Of a DNA stretch of 64,000 nucleotides, positions 25,862 through 39,163 are shown one piece after another. Positions within the stretch are counted from its first letter, which is position 1. Each line of letters opens with the position of its first letter. The notes beneath the pieces were generated by a model, which worked only from the letters and a program-made list of their open reading frames with translations, was not told where the DNA came from and did not search any database. The position numbers and the translations under genes are program-made. The DNA is taken from assembly GCF_009914755.1 (NCBI RefSeq), contig NC_060934.1; one strand, 5' to 3'. The DNA is from the human T2T-CHM13v2.0 reference genome, Homo sapiens.

Positions 25862-28020
25862 CTAGGTGCACAGAGTGCTTCTTGGCTTCTGGTTTGGGGG
25901 GACTCTCTGGGTTAGCCGTGAAGGGGACTGGCTTTGCAATCAACCTCATCGTGGGTTCTGCGTCCTCTTCCCATAGGTCCTCACTACAGGACTCACAACA
26001 GTTCAGTGACCTCTTTAAGCCTCTCTTTCCCCTGCCATGAGAAGTGGGGTAACAGTAGTGCCTTCTGCAGGGTCGTTGTGGAGCCTCAGGTCTTTTTACT
26101 GTTGTCATGATCCTTGTTACTGCCATCAGCATTCGTACTAGACTCCCTGAGATCCCCTTTAAGTGACCAGGAGAGGTCTGTGGTGTGGTAGAAAGATCAC
26201 GACACTGAGAGGCTTGCCTGGGCCGTCTTCTTCCCACGGGACGCTCTGCAGCAGTGTCGGGTATAATTATTCATTCAGACCCTTGTGGCCTCAGCATCTT
26301 TATCTGTGAGAGAGGGCAGTCAGATTACATGGCCGGAGGTCCCTGGGAGCACTCAGCTTCTGGAATTCTTTACTCTGTAATTGTTTGTGGTTCTGATATT
26401 TTCTGCAGTATTAGGCTCTTCTCTGCTCTCAGATACCCCACAATTTGCTGGGGCAACTTTTCCTTGTACGTGAGGAAGCGAATTTCCATTTTTAGTCGAT
26501 TCTGTTTTTGGCTATGGGACGATAAGGGGGTCACTGGCATGTGGCGTTCTATAAGCATAGACTCTCCAGCAAGGTCTGTGTGTTGCCGCCTCAGTTCCTC
26601 ACTCTCTAGGAGAGGTGATTGCAGAAAGAGACGACCTTATCTCTGTAAAAATTAATTACTTAAAATGGCCTTAATTAACCAGCAGTGTGCTTCACTTCAG
26701 TATCAATTAATTTGGTCGCACCAGTTTCCTGAATCGTATAACTCTTCAGACATATACTCACTAATCTTAAAATTTTAATCATCTTCTCAGTCCTGGTGTT
26801 CTCCCAATGGCTTGGACAATGTTAATTGCATTTTAAACTTCCCTGTGTTCTGTAAATTCCCTAATTCAGGTGGAAACTAGGTGAATACATGAACGTAGTT
26901 GAGAAGAATCCAGTTAATGAAATTTTGTCCTCTTTCATTTTGAAGTCCCTGTATCATATTAGGAATGAGTTGTATTTCTGGCGACCAGTTACCACAGTTA
27001 CCTGGAAGAATGTAGAATGATCTTGTCCCGTCATTCTCCCCCATTCCCCTCATCTCATAGATTCTCACATTTGATTATTCATCCCTAGACGTGGCCTTTA
27101 CACCTTTCCTTTCTTCCTGTGCGTGCTGGTACCACGCAAGCCTGGGTGACCTGTCCAGCCCTTACCTACCTTGCCTAACTTTGTGCTTTTTCTCTGCTGG
27201 CGTGTCTGACATGCGCCGTGAGCCTAGAGAGTGGAACTGACTTGAGGCCACGGGGCTGTTAATGGCCAGCCAGGACTTGAGGAATTCCTGCCTGCACGGG
27301 GCTCCTTTTGCTGATAGGGATGCTGATAGATTGTGGGTTTGGTTCCATTTATTCAGGACCTCCCTTCTGAGTATTGATGACTGATAGCAGAGAGATGGCA
27401 TTGCTTGGTAGATTGAGGAAGGTATTTGTGTATTTAGCAAAAGATACGCTGTCCCATTAGATGGAAAATGGAAATGGTGACTTTGGTGCCCTTGAACATG
27501 GTCTTAGAGAGAGGGTGGGGTGCCAGATGAAGCCCTTTCATGGCTCCGTGTGAAGGCCCTCCTTCAGGTGCTCGCCCCTGCCCCACTGCAGCTCCGCAGC
27601 CCAATACGTGCAGCTCCATCTCCCTGTGGTTCTGTTTCTGTGCCACTGACCATGTCATGTGTCTGGGTGGGACCAGGTGGTCTACTTCAGGGACTTTGCA
27701 TGAACCGTGACAGGCCAGGTCCTGCCACCTGGGAGCCTGTTGGCAGGGAAATATTCGGCTGTTAGCAGATGGCATCAAGTTTTGACCTTCGCAAAGAATC
27801 TACATTCTGAAAATGATGGGAAATGGTGCAAAAGTAACAAAGTGGTACAGATCCACATAGTTAGGAGTTGATTAATCCCTTGACATCCAGACCAGCATGC
27901 CTTTTGGTCAGGTTGGTTTTGTTTCCCACTGTTTGCATGTGACATTTTCTGGTATAAAGTAAGTGGTGGCTGGCACAGCCAAGCATGGAGAGGATTTTAC
28001 TCCTTAAAGGGTCTCTGATC

Positions 28021-28120
28021 TCATGCTGGGCATGCTGGGCGTCCTCTCTCCCAAAGGAAACGGATGAGGCTCATGCTGGGCATGCTGGACATCCTCTCTC
28101 CCGAAGGAGGCGGGCGAGGC
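28021..28120. repeat. 50-bp direct tandem duplication
   Basis: tcatgctgggcatgctgggcgtcctctctcccaaaggaaacggatgaggc / tcatgctgggcatgctggacatcctctctcccgaaggaggcgggcgaggc. Confidence 0.9.
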
Positions 28121-28339
28121 TGTTGCTGCTGCTGTGGTTCCACAGCACTCCTTTGCGAGCAGGAGTTTGTGGTTTGCTTCTTTAATCTTGGGGCTATAGC
28201 AGTTTGAGATCTTCCATGCCATCCCAAAAGCCCCCTGGGTGTTGGGAAGAGGCTGCACAGTCCAGGAGGAATCTGAACCAAACACCTGACCCAGCCTTTC
28301 CTCTGATGTCCTTGCTGTGTGATCACCTCACCCATTTAT

Positions 28340-29430
28340 TTTTATTTTTCTTTAAATTACAGTTTCATTGAGATATAATTCACATACCAAAAAATTCATC
28401 CTTTTACTCTGAAGTTTTTAGTGTCTTCATGGAGTTGTACAACTATTACCACTGTCTAATTTCAGAACACTTTCATCATCCCAAAAGAAACCACATAGCT
28501 ATTAGTAGTCACTTTCTCCTCTTCCTGTAACCACTAATCTGCTTCCTGTCTCGATGGATTTACCTGTTCTGGATATTTTATGTAAATTGAATCATACGCC
28601 CTGTGGCCTTTTGTGTCTGGCTTCTCTCACTTAGCCTTGTGTCTTCAAGGTTTATTCATGCCATAGTGACTATCAGTGCTTCACACCTTTTTTTGTTTTG
28701 AGATGAAGTTGTGCTCTTGTTGGCCAGGCTGGAGTGCAAAGGCGCAATCTCAGGATCTTGGCTCACCACAACCTCCACCTCCCAGGTTCAACTGATTCTC
28801 CTGCCTCAGCCTCCCAAGTAGCTGGGATTACAAGCGTGTGCCACCATGCCCGGCTAGTTTTGTATTTTTAGTAGAGATGGGGGTTTCTCCATGTTGGTCA
28901 GGCTGGTCTCGAACTCCCGACCTCAGGTGATCCGGCCTCCTCAGCCTCCCAAAGTGCTGAGATTACAGATGTGAGCCACTGCACCTGGCCTGCTTTTATG
29001 CCTTTTTATGGCCGATAACATTCCATCACATGGATAGACCGCAGATTGTCTTTCCATTCATTAGTTGACACACATTTGTATTGATTCTGCTTTTTTGGAG
29101 ATGATGAATAATATTTGTGTACAAGTTATTTTGTGAACATATGTTTCCTTTCTTTTGGAGAGATGGCCAGGAATGAAACTGTTGACTCATATGGTAAATC
29201 TGTGTTTAAGTTTTTGAGGAATTGTCAAACAGTTTTTCATAGCAATTGCACAATTGTACATTTCTACCAGCAGTGTGCAAGGTCTCCAATTTCTCTGCGT
29301 TCTTGCCCACTTCTTATTAGTCATCTTAAATTGTAGCCCAGATAGTGGGTGTGAAGTGATAGCTCATGATGGTTTCCCTTTGTATGTCCCTAATGAGTAA
29401 TCATGATAGATCAGTACTTCATCATGTTTA
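28340..29430 (-). mobile_element. Old L1M (L1MB-like) 3' region, interrupted by an Alu
   Basis: agtttcattgagatataattcacatacc...ggatttacctgttctggatatttt...tttgaggaattgtcaaacagtttttc. Confidence 0.85.
28688..28990 (-). mobile_element. AluS (Sp-like) nested in L1M
   Basis: Antisense dimer; gggtttctccatgttggtcagg. Confidence 0.94.
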
Positions 29431-30216
29431 TGGCCAGTATTTCGTTGTGTGGCGTTCTGCCTCTTCTTGACCTTCTCTTCTAATACGAATCATCACTTCC
29501 AACACCGTGATCTTCAGTCCGTCTTACTTTCCTGCAGGGGAGGATGGGGTGGGACTTGAAGCTGACTTGTAGTGTGACATGCCTTTGAAGTCTCTTCCTA
29601 ATTACATGTATGATGCTTTGTCCTTCTTTGCAGTAGTATTTATTTGGTAAATTTTAGTCAACTGTAACTGTAATTTCGACATTGTTGTTGAATAAAGTAA
29701 GCACCTTCTGGTCTCAAAACTGGGATACTGCTGTGTATTCCAGTTTCAGAATCACGATCCTCTTCCATGCCTGGGCACCCTGGTTGGTAGAAGGTCCTTC
29801 CTTCCACTCAGCTGGGTCCTGTCCCTGTGTGGCTTCTGCCCATTCACTAGCTGAAGTCCTGTACCCAGTGTGTAGAATGAGTGAGATGCATCTTCCCAGA
29901 GTTGCCATTCAGCGCTTTGTCACCAGCCTTATGAAAACCGGAAAGAGGGTTGGAAAGGCCCCCTGGGGGAAGCAGTAGGCCCTCTCCTTGCTTTGACCCT
30001 CTCCATTTAACACTGGTGGCATTTCTTTGTTCTGAATTCACTCATCCAAAATTTTTGTCTTGTGTATCTAGTGGCTGAAAAGGATCCCGAATGGCTTTAT
30101 AGGTAGTGCTGGGGGCAAAGTGGGTATTTGGAGTACTGCAGAGATGATAGTTATTCCAGTGTGTGGGGGGAGTCCGGTGGGTTCACATTGTCACCCGACC
30201 TTCTGTGTCTATGCAG

Positions 30217-30306
30217 TTTCTTCAGGACACGTTGGATGCCCTCTTCAACATCATGATGGAGAACTCAGAGAGTGAGACTTTTGACACGTTAGTCTTTGAT
30301 GCTCTG
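30217..30306 (+). CDS. DOCK1: DOCK1 exon H (90 nt, phase 0-0)
   Basis: Acceptor tgtctatgcag|, donor CTG|gtaaga. Encodes [30 protein letters not shown]. Confidence 0.96.
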
Positions 30307-30655
30307 GTAAGAGAGCTTTCCTTCTCATATGCTTGGATAACACAGCGTTCTTCCATGCTGCAGCGTCTGAGGCTGGAGTCGGGGGCTTCGTCACAGTGAC
30401 CTTGAACGCATTTTCAGTTGTAAATCCAATCAGAGATGAATTGGGGTGGCAGATTTTTTTTCTCTTTTTTTTAAATGTAAAACTGTAGTTAGGCAAATGT
30501 CATTTCTAGGGTAAGAAAAGGTAAACTAGCCACCAACTTCTATCTGAAAATGTTATGGTTCATATCCTAACACAGGGGTGCAGATGGTTCTGATGAAGAT
30601 TATAAAATGGCTTACATTATGTTGCTAATGAAAATATTATTGATTAATTTGACAG

Positions 30656-30756
30656 GTATTTATCATTGGACTGATTGCTGATAGAAAATTTCAGCATTTT
30701 AATCCTGTTTTGGAAACTTACATTAAGAAACACTTTAGTGCAACGTTAGCCTACAC
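30656..30756 (+). CDS. DOCK1: DOCK1 exon I (101 nt, phase 0-2)
   Basis: Acceptor aatttgacag|, donor CAC|gtaagt. Encodes [33 protein letters not shown](T). Confidence 0.96.
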
Positions 30757-32308
30757 GTAAGTTCCTACTTTGTTTTAAAACCAATACTTCTTTTTTTGGT
30801 ATTTGTGTTATTTAGAGTCTTTTTCATGTACTTTTGTCTATGACTGTGTATTTACTCCTGCTCAAAACTCTGAGTTTACTGGAATAATTTTTAGTATCGT
30901 TTCCCTCTTAACATACCTAAAAACCTTGTTGAAAGAGATATGTGATAAATCATCGTAATATTCTGGAATAAATTCTTGTTCTCCCTCACACCTTCCATTT
31001 ATCTTTGAAATCTTCACTTTATGTTCGATGAAACTGAGCTTTGGATGCGGAGTGTCTGACACCGCGGCTTCCTCGCGAGCCTTTGATGAATGGATAAATG
31101 CATGTGTTCCCGTGTTAAGGAGATTGGTTGTTTAGTGTGAATTAGATGCAGTTTTGTACTTTGCAATGTATCTCCTTGCTCTTTAAAGAGCACCTTCCCT
31201 TTTCTTTGACAAGCTTCAGCTGTCACTGTCTTGGATTCCTTCTATCCACCCCTCTGCCCGTCTGTGCCCCAGAGGTCTAGGAAGACACCAGAGGCTATGC
31301 ATGGTGCCTGGGCCAGCTTAGCAGTGTGCCTGGTATTGAAGAGCAGAGCCCTGGAGTCTGGAGTCAGGCTGCCTGGGCTTGATGTGCAGCTCTGTCCCTC
31401 ACAAGCTCTGTGATCTTGGGCAAGTTGCTTAACCTCTCTGTACCTCAGCCTTCTTGTCTGTAATCAGAGCATGATTGTAGGCTTGTGTGGAAATTTTAAT
31501 AAGTTATTACGTGTAGAGTGCTTGGACTAATCCCTGGCACTTAGAAAGCACTAAGCAATTATTGGGTTTCATTATCATTAGATTTATTATGATGACTTAC
31601 CGGCTCTTTCTTGGTGGAATTTATTGGCATTTATTCAGACTTTTTATTGTGTGAGTTACAGCAAAACATAAAGATTTACATAATTTCTTTAAGAACATCC
31701 CGCTTAGAATCAGTAGAAAGGATTCTTTTTAGTGTGAGTAAATTTAGTTAAAACTCCCTTCTGTGTCTTCAACATACTTTGCAAAATACCTGTTTTTCCT
31801 CCCTGTGTGCAGTCATGAACTCAGGTCAGAGGACTCTGGCCTCCTGAAGCCAGCTGTTAATATACCCTGGTCCTGCACCTGGATTCTTTCATATCTGCCT
31901 CGTGTGCGTGTTTACTGTAAGGTGGTGGGTGGAGCTCCAGGAAGGCTAAGAGCTGTGAGGTCCTCAAGCCTGCGGAACAAGCTGTGACTAGTTCTTTGCA
32001 CTTGCTTGCTAATAAACGTTTGTTTAAAACATTTTGTTCGCTGAGTGGAGATGCCCAGTGTGTGGGCATGTCGAGTAGTTCCTTACAGACCGTGGGGAGG
32101 GTGCATTGCAGGGCACTTTTCCTGGCTCTTGTGACCAAAACAGGAGCTTGTGGGGTTTGCGGAAGTGGCCTGTGGACTGCAGCAAACGTAGCACGGCCTC
32201 CACGTGTGCTCATTTTCAAAATTCTGCCTTTTGATTGAAATGTGGCCAAAGAACTCTTCTCAGATTAGGCTCCGTGCTTGAATTTCAGAAGATGAGAGGC
32301 ATGAATCA

Positions 32309-32817
<509 letters not shown>

Positions 32818-33524
32818 GGATCCTGTCATTCAATCTATGGAATCTGCTGAAAAAGAAATTTTTATTGTGGAAAATAAGTATTGTTAGCATGTTTTGGTAA
32901 ACTGGCAACCTCACGTGGTTCCTCAGCAGCCTGAATTTGCATGTCTGCACCTTGAAATTCCAAAGGAGTCAGTGGCGACTGAGATAGCTCTGACCACATC
33001 ATGGAAGGTCGCCTCCGCATTGGTGATATGCTTACAGTATTCTCTGGGCCAGGCGAAATTCCAGTAATATTATCCCAGAGTGTCCTTGTCCTCTTCTCCT
33101 CTAGAAGGCTTTGGTAGGTACAGGCTTACTTTAGACTCTTGTCCATGTAGCCTCTCTCCTTTGGTAAATGTTGAGATCTTTAGCCCTTCTTCCCAACAAC
33201 ACCAAGAGAAGGAATGAAAGATTTTGGCAATGGGCAGTCCTCTTCCGCACCTCGAGCTGTGTCTGCGGCTCCCCTGCGTGGGTAGTTCATGGATGCTGGA
33301 GCCCCACTGGACTGACCAGCACTGGTACAAGTGAGAATGAAGGGAGGCATCGGCTTTGGGGGCTGCTCTTCCATAAAACCAGCATGACTGGGCTCCTTTT
33401 TGTCCACCCTATGGAGCTGCTGCAGGCTCCTCACTGGCAACTGATGCTCCATCTGCTCCGCCCCCTCTAGCCAGTGCCAAGGGGTTGCTTTTTGTGCAGG
33501 TATAAGATGGCCTGGCAGATTTAT

Positions 33525-33660
33525 TTTTATTTATTTTCTTTTTGCTGTCTAATTCCAGGTTAAGATTCATTTGCTGGTTCTAGGTCCTTCTTTTATTTAT
33601 TTTCTTTCTTTTTGCTGTCTAATTCCAGGTTAAGATACATTTGTTGGTTCTAAGTCCTTC
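33525..33660. repeat. ~68-bp direct tandem duplication
   Basis: Two copies of ttttatttattttc...tttttgctgtctaattccaggttaagat(t/a)catttg(c/t)tggttcta(g/a)gtccttc. Confidence 0.92.
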
Positions 33661-33996
33661 TCTTTGCAAATCATTATTATTTTTCTTTTTTTAATTGGTT
33701 TGAAGAATTCCCAAAATGTGTTCTATGGAATGTTTATTCCCTGGGATATTAATATATGTAATAAGAGGTGCGTGGTCCAGTAAGTTTGGGAAAATAAGTA
33801 AAACTGAGTGAAGCAGGCTTCATGCCAGGGTGTTGCATGCTCTCTTGTGCAGTGAGCACCACCCGCAGAGGCCTATATGGCAAGGTGTGTTTTCCAGCCA
33901 ATGGAGATGGACACCGTAGCAGGAGGATCTGCAGACTTCGCCTCTTCAGAACAGCGAGCAGGAGTGTGACTCTGAGAGCATCAGGGCTCCCTACTA

Positions 33997-34483
<487 letters not shown>

Positions 34484-35099
34484 TTACTGGCTCACAACTG
34501 AACCAGACATGCTGTCAGTACCCCAGCAGATTGCTTTTATGAACATAAAAATCTTTCATGTGGCTTTTAAAAAGCCTCAGTGAATTTTGTTGGATGCGTA
34601 AGATGTTGGTGACTGGAGAAGTTTGGGTGGCGGATATTCTTCCTGGTGTCTTACTGGCTGCACGCATGGTGCTAGTTTTTGGAGAGTTGCAGTGCAGCTC
34701 AGTACATTAAAAAATGACCGTGTGTTGTTGTTAATTCAGTTGTTCTTTTATTATGTGTAAGCTATTGCTTGAGGGTCATCCTTATGAACAAGGATTATTA
34801 TTTGATGAGTCAGTAATGGTTGAAAGTGTAGAAGTGTGGATAGAATTAAAAATGGCAGATCCTCACTACTGCCTCTATCATTTAAAAATAACACATGCTC
34901 AACGGATAAAAAATAGTAAAGAAATCTCACATTACTCAAATGTTATAGTGTAGACGATAAAAGTTCCCTTGTATGTAATGCTACATATTGGAGATATCTA
35001 CTGTGCCAGCATTTATTTTCTATGTTTATATTAACATTGTTATTAAGATTATGACTAATATGTCTGCATATTTTACAAAACAGCATTGTTATTTTTGCT

Positions 35100-36190
35100 T
35101 GCTTAAAATTTAAAAACTTAAAAATTGTTATAATTTGCATACAACAAAATGCTCATTTTAATTTTGTTTGGACGGTTTTTGTATGCCCTTGGAACTACTG
35201 CCCAAAAACAAGACATAAGACATTGCCATTCCCCACAAACATCCCTCTTGGCCTATCTGAGCCCATCCCACTCCCAGACAAGCAGCCACTCTGTGGTTTC
35301 TGTTAGGAATGTGTTTTGCCTGTTCTTAAACTTTACACCAGTGGGGTCATGCACTCTTTTTGTATCTGGCTTCTTCCCTTCCACATAATTCTCTTGAGAT
35401 TCATGCATGTTGCTTTGTGCATCATTAAATATTTGATTTTGCTCCTCTCTATTTCTGAGCAGTATTTTATTGTATGAATATTTCATGATTTGTTTAGCCA
35501 TTTTCTTGTTGATGGATACATGAAGTGTTTCTAGTTTTTGGCTATTCCGAATAAGGCTGCGATGAATATTCTTGTCCAAGTCTTTGGTGAAGTTTGTTTT
35601 TGTTTCCCTTGGATAAGCACCTAGCGGTAGAATTGCCGGGCTAAAGGATACGTGTATAGTTTTCTTTGTAAGATATTGCGAGACAGTTCTCCAAAAGGGT
35701 TGTACCATATTGCATTCCCACCAGCAATCTGTGAATGTTCTTTTGCTCTGTATCCTCATCAACATTTAGTAGTGTCTGACTTTGTAGCTATTGTACTGGG
35801 GGCAAAATTATATCTCTTGGTGATTTTAATTTGCAGTTACTGGATAACTGATGATACTGAGTACCTGTTTATTTTATTTTGATTTGCCATTTGTGAAATG
35901 TCTGTTCAAATCTCTTTTTCATTTTATATTTTGTTGTCTGTTTCTTATTGATGTTTATGGTATGTGTGTGTATGTGTTTGTGTGTTTATACACATAAATA
36001 TATGTATTTTTTTTTGTCAGACATGATTTTTGAACATTTTCTTCCTGCCTCTGTTTATCCCTTTTCTTAATGGTGTCTTTCGATGAGCAGAAATCTTTTA
36101 TTTTGTTGAAGCCTAAATCATCATTTAAAAAAACAGATAGGGATTTTCATTTTGTGGCTAAACAATCTTTGCCTAGCCAAAGGTCTTAAC
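35100..36190 (-). mobile_element. Old L1M: ORF2 C-terminal part and 3' UTR
   Basis: Minus-strand ORF 35253-35765 (WWECNMVQPFWRTV...PAILPLGAYPRETK) resembles the L1 ORF2p C-terminus. Confidence 0.88.
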
Positions 36191-36195
36191 AATGC

Positions 36196-36361
36196 CTGCA
36201 CTGTCTAATGTCACAGCACTAGCCTCGTGTGGCTATTTAAATAAAATTAAACTAAACAATTACTTCCGCAGTTGTGCCAGGTGTGTTTCAAGTGCTGAGC
36301 CAGGTTGGACAGCTCAGAAACAGGTTTCCATCACTGTAGAAAGTTCTGTTGGGCATCACTG
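36196..36361. mobile_element. MER3/MER33-like hAT-Charlie MITE
   Basis: gcactgtctaat...gtggctatttaaa...tttcaagtgct...tttccatcactgtagaaagttctgttgg. Confidence 0.7.
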
Positions 36362-36369
36362 TTTCAGAA

Positions 36370-37520
36370 GCTTTATGCTTTATGCTTTTGACAGAATTCA
36401 GCATCTGTTTATGATAAAACCTCTTGGCAAACTAGGAATAGATGGGAAGTTCCTTGATCTGATAAAGCTCATCTACGAAAAGTCATAGCTAACCTTATAC
36501 ATAATGCTGGAACATGGAAAGCTTTTCCTGTAAGTTCAGGAACAAACGCGGCTGTCTCTTCTTACTATATCTGTTTATTATTGCGCTGGAAGTAGTAAAG
36601 CAAGAAGAAATAAATGCGGGTATAACAATTGGAAAGAAAAACTGTATTTTCACGTTGATTTTTGTATATAAAAAGCCCTCCTGAATCTATTTTATAATTT
36701 ATTTTAAAACAAACATAAAAGGAAACTTCAATTGTATATATACACATAATTGAGAGGGAATTAAAAGTACAGTAGAATTACAGTATGGTACAGTACAGTA
36801 CACTTTAGGGTCTTATCAAAAAGTCATAGGCCGGGCATGGTGGCTCATGCCTATAATCCCAACACTTTGGGAGGGAGGCCTAGGTGGGTGGATCAGTTGA
36901 GTTCAGGAGTTTGAGACCAGCCTGACCAACATGGTGAAACCCCATCTCTACTGAAAATACAAAAATTCGCCAAGCGTGGTGGTGGGCACCTGTAATCCCA
37001 GCTACTTGGGAGGCTGAGGCAGTAGAATCTCGTGAACTTGGGAGGGAGAGGTTGCAGTGAGCCACGATCACGCTACTGCACGCCAGCCTGAGCGACAGAG
37101 TGAGACTCTGTCTCAAAAATAAATAAATAAAATAATGAGGGATAAATTTACTGGTAGATGACTGAAAATTGCAAAATTTGCTAAGAGAAATATAAAAAGT
37201 AAATAATTTGATAATATATACCATGTTCATGTATTGAAAAATAAAATATTGCTTGAATGTTTATTTCAAATTATAGTTTGAACACAGTCTCAATGAAAAT
37301 TCTGTATGCTTTTGTGAAAAAAAAATGGACTAATTTGAATATTTATACTTTCAAAAAGTCTAAAATACCGAAATAATATTTTAGAAGATCAAAATTTCAA
37401 GATTTATTATTAAACATCAGTAACCAAGATAGCATGGTATTGGCATAAGGACAGACAAAAAGTTCAGAAGGAGAGAATATAAAATACAGAACAGATTCAC
37501 AATAGACCTTCGATTTTGTA
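36370..37520 (+). mobile_element. Old L1 ORF2 fragment (RT region onward), interrupted by an Alu
   Basis: AFDRIQHLFMIKPLGKLGIDGKFLDLIKLIYEK resembles L1 RT (AFDKIQHPFMIKTLNKLGI). Further along, gcatggtattggcataaggacaga encodes AWYWHKDR. Confidence 0.85.
36829..37135 (+). mobile_element. AluS nested in L1
   Basis: ggccgggcatggtggctcatgcc...(aaat)n tail. Confidence 0.94.
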
Positions 37521-37814
37521 ACTGCTGTTTTCTTTTAACAGCATAATGACAAAACTGGCCTCTTTTTTTTTTTTTTTTTTTTTTTTACTATAGTGATGAG
37601 GGAGTGCCCACCTAGTGTATTGAACTGCTGTGCAGTATTTCATTGTAGGGATGTATTACCATTTATTGAACCGGCTCTCAGAGGTTGGGCATTTGCATTG
37701 TTTATGTATTTTTACTAGTCAGATCATGCGGCAGTAAACATCATTTGATTCATTTGTAATTGTTTCTGTAGGACAGTTACTAGAGTTGGAATTCCTCGTG
37801 TCAAAGGATTTGAA

Positions 37815-37987
37815 TATCCTTAATTATAATAGATATTTCCAATATAATAGATATTTCCAATATCCTTAATTATAATAGATATTTCCAAATATAACAGATA
37901 TTTCCTTAATTATAATAGATATTTCTTAATTATAATAGATTTTCCAACTATTATATATAATAGATATTTCCAATAGATATTATAATA
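37815..37987. repeat. AT-rich irregular minisatellite, about 8 copies of the core ataatagatatttcc
   Basis: Repeated (ccttaatt)ataatagatatttcc(aa) units. Confidence 0.88.
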
Positions 37988-38018
37988 CATATTGCCACTT
38001 TAAAAAATTTTTATGCCC

Positions 38019-38337
<319 letters not shown>

Positions 38338-39163
38338 TTATGATACCCCAAAGTTTGTCTGTAGTAGGCAGAAATTTTATTTAATTTTCATGTGTTTATT
38401 AATGAAGTTGATTAATATATTTCTAGATTTTAAAAAATTAAGCTTCTCACATTCCCTAAAACTTTGAGTAGATCTATTATCATTTGAACTTTCTTGTTAT
38501 TTGAATTACAGTAAAGTAAAAATAATTTAATACATTTCCCTTCATCTTTAGCAAGGAATTAAAAAAACCTATCTATGAATTAAACACTGAAAATATTTAT
38601 GAAGCCATGAATTAATATTAAGCTCCTAATATATAGTTTATTTATACCAACTGTCTATAATTACTTCTGTAGTAGGATGAAAAATTTACAAATAATTTTA
38701 CTCAATTTTTGTGTATTCCAAAGTGTGTAAACTTTTTTATCATGGAAAAGATTTTAAATGTTTTCATATTAGGATGTTACTTGATTTTAGATCCCAATTT
38801 ATAAATAAACAGACTAAGAGTATAGTAGTCATTGTGTTTTTAAAACTAAATGTTTTTGGGGAATCTTATTAGGAAATGTCAATATTTTAAAATCTTCATG
38901 TGTCCACTGATAGTATTCTTACTATTCTTATATATTGTTTATAGTCTTCTCTATAAGGATTTTTACAATATTATTAAAAATTTAAGACTGCTTCCTATTT
39001 GAAAGACCATTTGTAAATTTTAATTTTCGGTGTAAGAACTCTAGTTTTAGAAAATCAACTAAAATGAATAAAAGTGTCTGAGATGCTTTCCAATAACAAA
39101 TACTGTTTCATGCCTTTAAAAAAATTGTTGTAAAATACACATAACATAAAATTCACCGAATCA

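Noticed and set aside
28021-28100. p53 response element (repeated CATG cores)
   Set aside because: Cores are 9 bp apart rather than 10 and the flanks break RRRCWWGYYY.
35253-36488. RT-like ORFs suggesting an active retroelement or novel RT system
   Set aside because: Short, degenerate L1 ORF2 fossils on opposite strands.
37815-37987. Repeat-spacer appearance resembling a CRISPR array
   Set aside because: Spacers are short and themselves repeated, there are no cas genes, and this is a primate intron.
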